From a virus (Duplodnaviria; Caudoviricetes), in the IMG/VR virus record IMGVR_UViG_3300033076_000968, positions 1-32,659 of that record: a stretch of DNA of 32,659 bases; one strand, given 5' to 3'. Shown one piece after another: positions 25,658 through 32,659 of this stretch. The number at the start of each line of letters is the position of its first letter. Position 1 is the stretch's first letter. The position numbers were made by a program, and so were the translations under genes. Under the pieces are notes generated by a model, which did not search any database, was not told where the DNA came from, and saw only the letters and a program-made list of their open reading frames with translations.

Positions 25658-25888
25658 TTACTGGCCGAGCAGCGTCTTCGACTGCACGGTCGCCGGCTTC
25701 AGGTCTCCCTGCCCGCCGGTCAGGATCGTGCCGCTGTAGCCGCCGCTCGCCGCGAGGCGCTGCTGCGTCTGCTTGGCGGCGTCCACCACGGACTTGTCGA
25801 CCAGCGTCGGGGGCGGTGGCGGGGCGGCAGGAAGGGGCTGCACCTGTGGAGGTGCATACGATCCGCCGCCGCCCATGATTGCGCCCAT
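25658..25888 (-). CDS. Small pre-portal virion protein (76 aa)
   Basis: MGAIMGGGG...poly-Pro...GTILTG...KTLLGQ; typical of the small gene just before podovirus portals. Confidence 0.8.
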   Translation of the reverse strand: MGAIMGGGGSYAPPQVQPLPAAPPPPPTLVDKSVVDAAKQTQQRLAASGGYSGTILTGGQGDLKPATVQSKTLLGQ

Positions 25889-25896
25889 GGCGGCGG

Positions 25897-25942
25897 AACA
25901 TACACGCCAGGCCCCGAAGGGCCGGCAAATGGGCAATAGAAC
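25897..25942 (-). promoter_or_regulatory. Candidate late promoter, copy 1 (18-bp box, N22, TATGTT) for the head/tail operon
   Basis: Box at 25942-25925; TATGTT at 25902-25897, 8 nt before the ATG at 25888. Confidence 0.7.
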
Positions 25943-25971
25943 TTGCGTCACCGGATGCGCGCGCCTAGCGT
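25943..25971 (+). promoter_or_regulatory. Candidate sigma70-type promoter of the lipoprotein moron
   Basis: TTGCGT-N17-TAGCGT, ending 8 nt before the ATG at 25980; no Shine-Dalgarno sequence. Confidence 0.55.
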
Positions 25972-25979
25972 TGCCGGCC

Positions 25980-26366
25980 ATGCGATACGCCCTTGCGCTG
26001 ACCGCGCTTTGCCTCGGCGCCTGCACCACATCCGGCGACATGCTCCAGGCCGGCTGGCCGAAGTTGAAAGGCCAACCACTGCAATCCGCCATCGATCGCT
26101 GGGGCTACCCCGAGCAGGAGCAGGTGATTGCCGGGGCCAAGGTCTACACCTGGCGATCGTCGAGCCCATTCATCGCCGAGGCGCCGGCGCAGCGCACGAC
26201 CGTCACACCCTACGGCACCGCCTCGTCCTACGGCTCGGCACCGGTCGCCACGACGATCGGCTGCACCATCAAGCTGTCGACGAACGAGGCCGGCATCATC
26301 CAGACCATGCAGTATCAGGGCGAGAACATGGGCTGCTACCGCTACGCCTCGGCGCTGGAGCGCTAG
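25980..26366 (+). CDS. Lipoprotein moron (128 aa)
   Basis: MRYALALTALCLGA-C signal peptide with lipobox; G.P......WGYP...VYTW...C.IKL pattern. It is the only credible + strand gene. Its stop overlaps the terminase stop (CTAG). Confidence 0.85.
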   Translation: MRYALALTALCLGACTTSGDMLQAGWPKLKGQPLQSAIDRWGYPEQEQVIAGAKVYTWRSSSPFIAEAPAQRTTVTPYGTASSYGSAPVATTIGCTIKLSTNEAGIIQTMQYQGENMGCYRYASALER

Positions 26367-27883
26367 GCGGCTTCCAGCGGGTCGTAGTCGTGCACCGTGG
26401 CGTTCGGCCGGCGGTTCCAGGGTAGAGCGCTGTTCTTCACCGTCGCGATGTTGGCCAGGCACACGGCGTCGCCGCGGTCTGGGGACCGGCCGATGCGCTT
26501 GATGATCTCGTCCTTCCGCTCGACCTGGATGCCGTTGACCTTCAGGCTCCACTTCGGGGCGCAGAGGTCGGCACGTAGCTTGGGATCCGGCGGCAGGGCG
26601 AGCGGCGCCTCGGCCGTCGGGTCCAGAGCCTCCCGCATGCGCCACCACACCTCGGCCCGCAGGTTCACAAAGGCCAGGTTGCCCTCGCGCGACCGGCCGA
26701 AAGACTTCTCGGCGCCGTTGACCCCGACCGTCTGGACGTTGTTCTGGACCAGGAAGTCGAAGGGCGACGCGCCCCAGCCCACAATGTCGATGTGGACCGG
26801 CGCGCCGTTGCGCCGCGCGCTGATCACCTGGCCGGCGACGGTGGGGCCATCGGGCGACGCAGATCCCGGCGACGCCACCAGCTCGTCGAACCAAGCGCCG
26901 TGGCGCCGACTGATGATCGTCTCGTCCTTGCCGCCGCGCGAGACGTCCACGCCCATGCTGTCCATCTCACCCTTGGCGTCGCGGGGCTTCCAGCGAGCCT
27001 GCGCCTGGCGCACCCACTCGCTCGGGATCACCTGCCAGGGATCGTCCTGGATGCCCGCTGCGAAGTCGCCCTTCAGCATCTGGCTGCGCAGTGGCTCGGG
27101 CAGCGACTGCAGGGTGGCGACGTAGCCGGTCTCCAGCAGGAACGGGTTGTCGGCGATGCGACTCGGGATGAACGTGCGCGACAGCGGCTTGATGGTCTCA
27201 CCGCCATGCTCGAAGGGCTCGCCGCTCTCGACCTCGACGTCCTTGCCATCGATCGTCGCGAACCACCGCAGCTCGCCGGGCTCAGCTGGGCTGGGGTGGT
27301 CCTTCTGCAGCCAGGGGCCGAAGAACTCGATCACCCACTGGCCCTCGGCCGTCGTCGGCGGGTTGAACGTCATCAAGACGCGGCAGCGCTGGCCAGGGAT
27401 CGTGGTGCGGACCCAGCCCATCAGGAAGCGCGCCTGGGCCTCGAGGAAGTTGGTCGCCTCGTCGAGGCCGAGGAAATCCTTCGGGCGGCCCTGGTGCTTG
27501 CGCTCGTCACCTGCGTTGGGCGTCGAGCCGAACTGGATCTTCTGACGGCCCCGGTCCCAGACGTTGAACTTGTTCAAGCGGACGGGCTCACCGACGATCT
27601 CCCCCAGGCGCTCGATGATGCCGCTGAGCTGTGTGGCCTCTCGCCGGAAGATGCCGGTCAGCGTGTGCTGGGTGAGCGCCAGGCCGCACATCAGGTCGGT
27701 CTTGCCGCCGCCGGCCGCACCGCCGTAGCCGATAATGTCGGCCTCACTCTCGTAGGCCATGGTCTGCGGGCCGGGCAGCGGCGTCCACGGCGGACCCGCG
27801 GTCAGCAGCGCGTCAAGCTCCTTGCGCTCGTCCTCGGTCAGGTAGTCGAGAAGCCCGCGGGCCCGCTCGACCAGCGAGCTCAC
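26363..27883 (-). CDS. terL: Terminase large subunit
   Basis: Walker A YGGAAGGGKT, Walker B LGLDEAT, MTFNPP coupling motif, nuclease motifs GVDVSRGGKD and SPDRGDA. Confidence 0.95.
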   Translation of the reverse strand: MSSLVERARGLLDYLTEDERKELDALLTAGPPWTPLPGPQTMAYESEADIIGYGGAAGGGKTDLMCGLALTQHTLTGIFRREATQLSGIIERLGEIVGEPVRLNKFNVWDRGRQKIQFGSTPNAGDERKHQGRPKDFLGLDEATNFLEAQARFLMGWVRTTIPGQRCRVLMTFNPPTTAEGQWVIEFFGPWLQKDHPSPAEPGELRWFATIDGKDVEVESGEPFEHGGETIKPLSRTFIPSRIADNPFLLETGYVATLQSLPEPLRSQMLKGDFAAGIQDDPWQVIPSEWVRQAQARWKPRDAKGEMDSMGVDVSRGGKDETIISRRHGAWFDELVASPGSASPDGPTVAGQVISARRNGAPVHIDIVGWGASPFDFLVQNNVQTVGVNGAEKSFGRSREGNLAFVNLRAEVWWRMREALDPTAEAPLALPPDPKLRADLCAPKWSLKVNGIQVERKDEIIKRIGRSPDRGDAVCLANIATVKNSALPWNRRPNATVHDYDPLEAA

Positions 27884-28200
27884 GTTTTGCCCTTCTTGCG
27901 CTGCACCGCACGCTCGAGGAGCGAGGCGACGCGGGCGGCGCGCTCCGTCTCGGTCAGCACGGCGATCGGGCCGCCGTCAGCGCCCGTCAGCTCGGTGGAC
28001 TGCTTCGGCTTCCCATAGGCGCGGTCGAGGATGTGCGCCGCCGCCGCCACGCGAGCCGCATCGCTCTCGCTGCTCTGCATGACTTGGTGCAGGGTTTTCA
28101 GCGCGTCCGGCGTGTACTGCATCGCCGCCTCGCGAATGTCGCGGGTCGCCTTGTTGGGGGTGCCCTTCTGCCGGCCGCCGGTCTTGTGGCCGCGTGCCAT
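27880..28200 (-). CDS. terS: Terminase small subunit (putative)
   Basis: GGRQKGTPNK...ILDRAYGKP...ELTGADGGPI; coupled to terL. Confidence 0.8.
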   Translation of the reverse strand: MARGHKTGGRQKGTPNKATRDIREAAMQYTPDALKTLHQVMQSSESDAARVAAAAHILDRAYGKPKQSTELTGADGGPIAVLTETERAARVASLLERAVQRKKGKT

Positions 28201-28226
28201 CTATTTCCCTCTGTTTTCCGTGGCTA

Positions 28227-28550
28227 TCAGAGTGTCATTGCCATGGCCGCCATCGCGACCATCGTCGCCTTCGGCGCGCGTCGCTGCGTCCAGTCGGTCC
28301 AGCCTGCGCCGGTCACGACGCGCATGCGATAGGCAGCGCCGGCGCCACGATACTCGTTCCGGGTCTCGATCTCCAGCAGCCCGCGGGCCTCGAGCTCGCG
28401 CAGGTACGGCCAGACGCGCTGCTTCGGCAAGCCGGTCCAGTCGATGAAATCCCGCCGCGTCGGGCAAGCCTTGTCGCGATGCCGGTCGATGAGCTTGAGC
28501 ACGACCTGGGCGAGGCGCTCGGGGTCGAGGGGCTTCAGGGGCCTACTCAT
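28227..28550 (-). CDS. Winged-HTH DNA-binding protein (candidate late regulator)
   Basis: CPTRRDFIDWTGLPKQRVWPYLRELEARGLLEI is a LexA-like wHTH pattern; last gene before terS. Confidence 0.65.
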   Translation of the reverse strand: MSRPLKPLDPERLAQVVLKLIDRHRDKACPTRRDFIDWTGLPKQRVWPYLRELEARGLLEIETRNEYRGAGAAYRMRVVTGAGWTDWTQRRAPKATMVAMAAMAMTL

Positions 28551-29170
28551 GCAGCCTCCTGCCGCTCAGCCCGCTCGCCGGTCTTCGCGGTCCAGTCCTC
28601 GATCCTGGTGCTGATCTGCCAGCGGCTCGCGATCTGCTGCACCTGGTCGAAGAACACCTCCGGGCTCCTCGGCGGAACGCCTCCGAACTCGATCCGCCGC
28701 TGCTGGCTGATCGCGCGATGCCGCCCCTGCTGCAGTTCCTCGACGGTCAGCACGATCGCCGCCGGGTTGTCCGACCACGACCGGAACGAGGCGTGCAGGC
28801 TGGCGATGTGGCGTAGCGCTCGAGCGACTTCCGGGACGCCCTTCGATGCGCGGTCGCCCTGCCGTTCCCACCACTGCTCCAGCAGCCGCATCATCCGCTC
28901 GTTGCGGGCGGGGATGTCGAGCTTCTTGCCGCCTTTGCCCATGCTTGAAACGCGCTCGGGCATCTCGGCCTCGAACTGCGCCGGCACCGGGAAGGGCTGG
29001 CGCATCGTGGGCTTGAACGACGCCAGCACCGCGGTCGCCGCCTCGGCCAGGTGCGGCCCCTCCCTGCCCTTCAGCCGGGCGTAGAACACCGGCTTGAACG
29101 TCGCCATGGCCTCGGGCGTGGCGCCAGGGTACGCGGCGAGGATACGCCGCAGCAGCTCGTCGACGGTCAC
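28547..29170 (-). CDS. Hypothetical 207-aa protein after the initiator (possible helicase loader)
   Basis: GTG start at 29170 overlaps the initiator stop, with a GGAGG RBS; function inferred from position only. Confidence 0.65.
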   Translation of the reverse strand: MTVDELLRRILAAYPGATPEAMATFKPVFYARLKGREGPHLAEAATAVLASFKPTMRQPFPVPAQFEAEMPERVSSMGKGGKKLDIPARNERMMRLLEQWWERQGDRASKGVPEVARALRHIASLHASFRSWSDNPAAIVLTVEELQQGRHRAISQQRRIEFGGVPPRSPEVFFDQVQQIASRWQISTRIEDWTAKTGERAERQEAA

Positions 29171-29976
29171 TTGATGGCCTCCAGGCAGGCTTGGATGCGG
29201 CGCTTCTCGAAGGTCTCCAGATCGCTGGCCGTCTGCGGTTTCTGGGTCTTGCGCATAAACCCTCGCCACGTCGCGGCGGGGCTGAAAGTCCGCGTGGCGT
29301 TGGCATCGCACCAGTCCCGGAAATCGCGCATTCGCCGCTCGAACAGCGCGTCGTCCATCCACGGAAACTCGGCACGCACAGCCGCCGTCTCGGCCTCGGA
29401 TGGGCTCCAGGCCTCGTCGATCAGCGTCGAGCGGCTGACTGGCTCGCGCGGAGCGCGCCCCTCGGCACCAGACTCGGTCTTAGCCACAGGTATTGGATTC
29501 TTCTGGTTTCTGGACTCTGGATTCTGAGGGTTGGCTGGGGGGTTAACCCCCCTGTTGGGTTGTCGCCGCAGATTGGGATTACCCCCTCCGCTACCGTTCT
29601 CGCGGTCGCGCTCGGCCTTGGCCTTATCCCTGACCATGCGCCGGGAGAAGATGACGCCGGCCGGCATGTCGCTGGGGATGAGGGCAGCCACATCCCCCGG
29701 CATCGTCTCGCCGGTCACGCTGTAGACGTTCGCCTCCCCAAGCTCGCGCAGCAGCGCCTTGACCTCGCGCTCCGATCCGCCCAGTAGCCCGGCGAGCTGG
29801 CGCGCCGTGGGTGTGATGCCCTCGATCAGCAGGAAGCCGTAGGCGGTGCCTTCGTGCATGAGGGTCATCATGTCGAACCACAGGCCGCGGGCCGCGAAAC
29901 TGCACATGCGCAGCGCGGCGTCGGCGCGCCAGTCCTTCGTGTAGAGCTTCAGCCAGGGCTGGCGCTTCTCGCTCAT
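29167..29976 (-). CDS. Phage replication initiator (DUF1376/YdaU-like N-terminus)
   Basis: Start at 29976: PWLKLYTKDWRAD..LRMCSFAARGLWFDMM...SRRMVRD...GGNPNL; C-terminal WSPS...FRDW...WRGF domain. Confidence 0.75.
   Translation of the reverse strand: MSEKRQPWLKLYTKDWRADAALRMCSFAARGLWFDMMTLMHEGTAYGFLLIEGITPTARQLAGLLGGSEREVKALLRELGEANVYSVTGETMPGDVAALIPSDMPAGVIFSRRMVRDKAKAERDRENGSGGGNPNLRRQPNRGVNPPANPQNPESRNQKNPIPVAKTESGAEGRAPREPVSRSTLIDEAWSPSEAETAAVRAEFPWMDDALFERRMRDFRDWCDANATRTFSPAATWRGFMRKTQKPQTASDLETFEKRRIQACLEAIK
29490..29590. repeat. Candidate replication origin inside the initiator gene
   Basis: Perfect 16-bp palindrome GGGGGGTTAACCCCCC (29537-29552) and four 7-bp-period (C/T)CAGA-type repeats (29500-29527) in a locally AT-richer patch. 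Confidence 0.55.
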
Positions 29977-30320
29977 GCCGCCCTCGCCTGCACCACGATC
30001 CGCCCGGCATCGGCGCCGCCGCGCACGATGGTGATCGCGGTGACGTTCCGGTCGTCGTCGATCCTGTTGGCGGCGACCAGCGCGTCGAGCGCGGCCTTCA
30101 GCCTGTTGTCGAGGTCGCCACGCATCGTGGCCGGCACGCACAGCGACACTGCGACGGCGCCAGCGATCCGTCTCGGCGCCGGAACCTGGGCGAAGATCGA
30201 CAGGATGGCGTCGCGCCTCCACGCCTTGTACCGACGCGATTTCACGCGGCCCTTGCCGGGCACATTCACGAACAGGTTGTTCGTCGGCGGCGGCAGCGGG
30301 AGGGTCACGGTAAAGCTCAC
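29973..30320 (-). CDS. rusA: RusA-family Holliday junction resolvase
   Basis: GTG start at 30320: LPLPPPTNNL...DLDNRLKAALDAL...IDDDRNV catalytic pattern. Confidence 0.9.
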   Translation of the reverse strand: MSFTVTLPLPPPTNNLFVNVPGKGRVKSRRYKAWRRDAILSIFAQVPAPRRIAGAVAVSLCVPATMRGDLDNRLKAALDALVAANRIDDDRNVTAITIVRGGADAGRIVVQARAA

Positions 30321-30466
30321 CGCCGCCCCCTCAGCGCCGCCGTGCGGGCGTCCTCCATGGCCTTCCTCGCCCGGTGCGTTCGGGTGCGCGCGAACCGCTC
30401 GGCAGCCACATCGGCGGCGAGCTCGAGCGCGATCAGGAGGGCGGCGGGGCACCGGGTGCGTCTCAA
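30317..30466 (-). CDS. Hypothetical 49-aa basic protein, not in the ORF track
   Basis: TTG start; MRRTRCPAALLIALELAADVAAERFARTRTHRARKAMEDARTAALRGRR. 4-nt overlaps at both ends fill the gap exactly. Confidence 0.55.
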   Translation of the reverse strand: MRRTRCPAALLIALELAADVAAERFARTRTHRARKAMEDARTAALRGRR

Positions 30467-30816
30467 TGCACGATCCCCCGAGGCAGGGCTTTGTTCGCTA
30501 CGGCGATCAAGTCTTCGATGTGGCGCAGCGCTTCCATGGGGCTCCGCTCGACGCGGACAAGGCAGCGCTTTGCCTCCTCCAGCTTGTTCGCCGTGTAGAT
30601 CATATCCCTGAGATCGAGGCAGCCGTCCTCGACGTTGACTTCTTTGCGCCCCTCGCGCTCCGACACCTCGGCGCGGTTCAGCATCGCCAGCGCCGCCTCT
30701 TTGCCCAGGCGCTTGACCAGCGCCTCCACCAAGGTTTCCGGCTCGACCTCGTAGGCCAGGTCGACCTCGACGCGCGCCTCGCCGTAGGCGGTGACAGTCG
30801 TGCCTCGCGTTCTCAC
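30463..30816 (-). CDS. Hypothetical 117-aa protein
   Basis: GTGA overlap with the upstream gene; co-oriented in the early operon. Confidence 0.65.
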   Translation of the reverse strand: MRTRGTTVTAYGEARVEVDLAYEVEPETLVEALVKRLGKEAALAMLNRAEVSEREGRKEVNVEDGCLDLRDMIYTANKLEEAKRCLVRVERSPMEALRHIEDLIAVANKALPRGIVH

Positions 30817-31481
30817 GCCACCGCCCTCCCCGCGCGCCGGTCGAGAAACGGCGGGATCTCCAGCGAGTCGGCTTCTATCGCCGCGTGGTCGATGGCGGGC
30901 TCGGCAGGCCGCATCACATGCCTGTGCAGCAGGCCCTCGAATTTCGCCTTGACCTCTTCAGGGTCCGGCTGCGGAACGCCGGCCGCAATCTCGGCGGCGA
31001 TCTCCTCGCCCTCCTGCTCCGCTTCGGCCGACATGGGGATTCCCATGTCGGGGCTGGATACGGGATTTCCCGTTTCCAAAGCGGGCTCGGTGATTTCGCC
31101 GGTCGCGGGGTCGTGTCCCTGGGACGCTTCCTGGGACACCGCTGGGACAGCCAAAGCCCTGTGAATGCTGGACTTTGACACCCCGGTACGCTCCGCAGCT
31201 TGTCTCAGGGACAGGCCGCCGACCTCGACCAGCTCGACCGCCATGCCGAGGGCGTGGGCGTAGGTGTCGCGCAGGGCGTCGCGCTCGGCGCGGTCGTTCG
31301 CGTCCATGCGGCGCTCCTGCACCAGCCAGCGAATCGTCTTCACGTCGTAACCGACGCCCTTGGCCTCGGTCAGCACGTCCTTGATGTCGGCGCCGATCGC
31401 CTTGCGCTCCTCCTCAAGCTTTTCGACGCGCTCGACGAAGCTCTGCAGGCGCGGGGCGTTCACGGTTGCGGGCTTGGTCAT
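30813..31481 (-). CDS. gapR: GapR (DUF2312/UPF0335) domain fused to an HTH and an acidic tail
   Basis: Start at 31481: RLQSFVERVEKLEEERKAIGADIKDVLTEAKGVGYDVKTIR...RRMD...YAHALGM is the GapR-family signature, followed by SLRQAAERTGVSKSSIHRAL (HTH). Confidence 0.88.
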   Translation of the reverse strand: MTKPATVNAPRLQSFVERVEKLEEERKAIGADIKDVLTEAKGVGYDVKTIRWLVQERRMDANDRAERDALRDTYAHALGMAVELVEVGGLSLRQAAERTGVSKSSIHRALAVPAVSQEASQGHDPATGEITEPALETGNPVSSPDMGIPMSAEAEQEGEEIAAEIAAGVPQPDPEEVKAKFEGLLHRHVMRPAEPAIDHAAIEADSLEIPPFLDRRAGRAVA

Positions 31482-31735
31482 TGCATCCCTCCGTTCACCC
31501 GCGCCACCGCGCGGCGTGCGCGCTCGAGTTGGCGATCGATGATCACCGCGGCCGCCGGAGACGGCGTGGCGCCAAAGTTCTCGACCGGCCCGGAGACAGG
31601 CTCCTCGACCGGATCGGCCCCATCCTCGACAGCTGCCGGCGCCTCGGTCTCCTCCGCCGCCATCAGCTCGAACTCGTGCACCAGGTCGCGGGCGGTCTTC
31701 AGCATGGCGAGCAGGGTGCGAAGGCGGTCGCTCAC
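31478..31735 (-). CDS. Hypothetical 85-aa protein
   Basis: Coupled on both sides; acidic centre. Confidence 0.65.
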   Translation of the reverse strand: MSDRLRTLLAMLKTARDLVHEFELMAAEETEAPAAVEDGADPVEEPVSGPVENFGATPSPAAAVIIDRQLERARRAVARVNGGMQ

Positions 31736-32226
31736 GACACCCCCGCCATGTCGATCGCCTGCGCCTGGCTGACCCGCTGCCCGCCGACCCAGACGAAGCC
31801 CTTGCCCGCCGCGCCCTCGACAATCTCGGCCGAGAAGACCGGCGCAAACCGCCGTTGCAGCCGCGTCAGCGCGCGCTGGTAGACGGTGAGATCCTGCGGC
31901 GTGCGCAGCTTCGCGTCGCGCTTGGCGGCCGCGGCGGCCTTGGCGTCGGCGGTCTGCTTGCCGCTCGCGGTGATCGTGACCACGCGCAGGGTCGAGCCGG
32001 GGACGCCGGCGGTCTTGACGACGCGCCAGGTGATGCGGCCCTCGCGCCCGAGGCGATCGTAGGCGACGTCGACGTGCTTCAGCGGCAGGCGCAGCAGGGC
32101 CGCGGTCTGGCTCATGCTCGGCACTGCCCGGCCGTGCTCGGCCGCGGCGACCAGCGTCTCGTAGACCCTGGCAGTCGCGGCGACCAGGTCAACCTCGCTC
32201 GAGCGGCGGTAGGCGGCTTCGGCCAT
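31732..32226 (-). CDS. Winged-HTH-like protein
   Basis: AAEHGRAVPSMSQTAALLRLPLKHVDVAYDRLGREGRITW; GGAG RBS 6 nt before the ATG at 32226. Confidence 0.62.
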   Translation of the reverse strand: MAEAAYRRSSEVDLVAATARVYETLVAAAEHGRAVPSMSQTAALLRLPLKHVDVAYDRLGREGRITWRVVKTAGVPGSTLRVVTITASGKQTADAKAAAAAKRDAKLRTPQDLTVYQRALTRLQRRFAPVFSAEIVEGAAGKGFVWVGGQRVSQAQAIDMAGVS

Positions 32227-32229
32227 CAC

Positions 32230-32643
32230 CTACTCCCTCGGTTCAGCAGCCGCATCGCCGCGTCGAACAGCTTCTCCGCCCGCTCGCGGAGCTTGACCAC
32301 GCGCGAGAGCATCCGCTGCGCTCGCCAGCGCTGCCAGCGCGTCCAGAGACGCGCGAGCCTCCCGATGAGCCCGCTCGATTCGTTCGTATTCATCAGCCCC
32401 CAACCTCAGTCTCTCTCGGTAGAACAGGGCCTTCGCGCGCCGATACTTGAGGCCCGCGCGGCGCGCTCCGGCCGATAGCCAACTCTCGCGGGTGGCACTC
32501 CAGTCCCGCGGGCCACACAACCCGACGAACATTTCCCATGCGCGGTCAGTAGCGGTCATTTTGCGCGCCCTTTCCGCGTTTGCGTCTGAACTTTCCGGCC
32601 TCTCGGACAACATCGCCTCCATGCTGTTGGGCATGGAGCACAT
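32230..32643 (-). CDS. Putative CII-like early regulator (start uncertain)
   Basis: SWLSAGARRAGLKYRRAKALFYRE is HTH-like; first gene of the early operon in this window. Confidence 0.5.
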   Translation of the reverse strand: MCSMPNSMEAMLSERPESSDANAERARKMTATDRAWEMFVGLCGPRDWSATRESWLSAGARRAGLKYRRAKALFYRERLRLGADEYERIERAHREARASLDALAALASAADALARGQAPRAGGEAVRRGDAAAEPRE

Positions 32644-32659
32644 CTCGAAAGCAGCCCGC

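Larger units (their letters stand above)
1..32659 (-). mobile_element. Partial podovirus-like (BPP-1/T7-like virion module) phage or prophage, probably temperate
   Basis: Continuous co-oriented gene order: replication, terminase, portal, scaffold, capsid, adaptor/nozzle, ejection proteins, fibres, lysis. No tape measure, tail tube or sheath gene. No att site or integrase in the window. Confidence 0.95.

Noticed and set aside
7969-25942. The 18-bp direct repeat as attL/attR or terminal repeats
   Set aside because: Both copies lie inside the essential structural region, so excision would remove head and tail genes. The fixed spacing to -10-like hexamers fits promoters better.
1-32659. CRISPR array, tRNA, rRNA, IS element, integrase, phage RNA or DNA polymerase
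   Set aside because: No repeat-spacer periodicity, cloverleaf or matching motifs were found by eye, and the intergenic gaps are few and short.

Overview
The whole window is one continuous piece of a high-GC, probably temperate podovirus-type phage or prophage. The GapR-family gene points to an alphaproteobacterial host (inference). Almost all genes are on the minus strand. From right to left: early/replication genes (CII-like protein, two related winged-HTH proteins, a GapR/DUF2312-HTH fusion, RusA, a DUF1376-like initiator with an internal candidate origin); terminase small and large subunits; a + strand lipoprotein moron; a BPP-1-like head module (portal, Bbp19-like, scaffold, major capsid, cement, decoration); tail adaptor and nozzle; ejection proteins, one with an SLT domain; tail fibre and tailspike genes; and a lysis cassette ending in a GH19 endolysin cut by the left edge. 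No RNA genes, CRISPR array, integrase or reverse transcriptase were seen. The most notable items are: (1) a GapR-HTH fusion ending in an FtsZ C-terminal-peptide-like motif, with dyad repeats inside its own gene; (2) an exact 18-bp box found twice, each exactly 22 nt before a -10-like hexamer (candidate late promoter); (3) a 16-bp RNA stem covering the portal start codon; (4) an unannotated His/Cys miniprotein between ejection genes; (5) a repeat insertion in the nozzle. All family calls come from motif recognition and gene order, not database searches.
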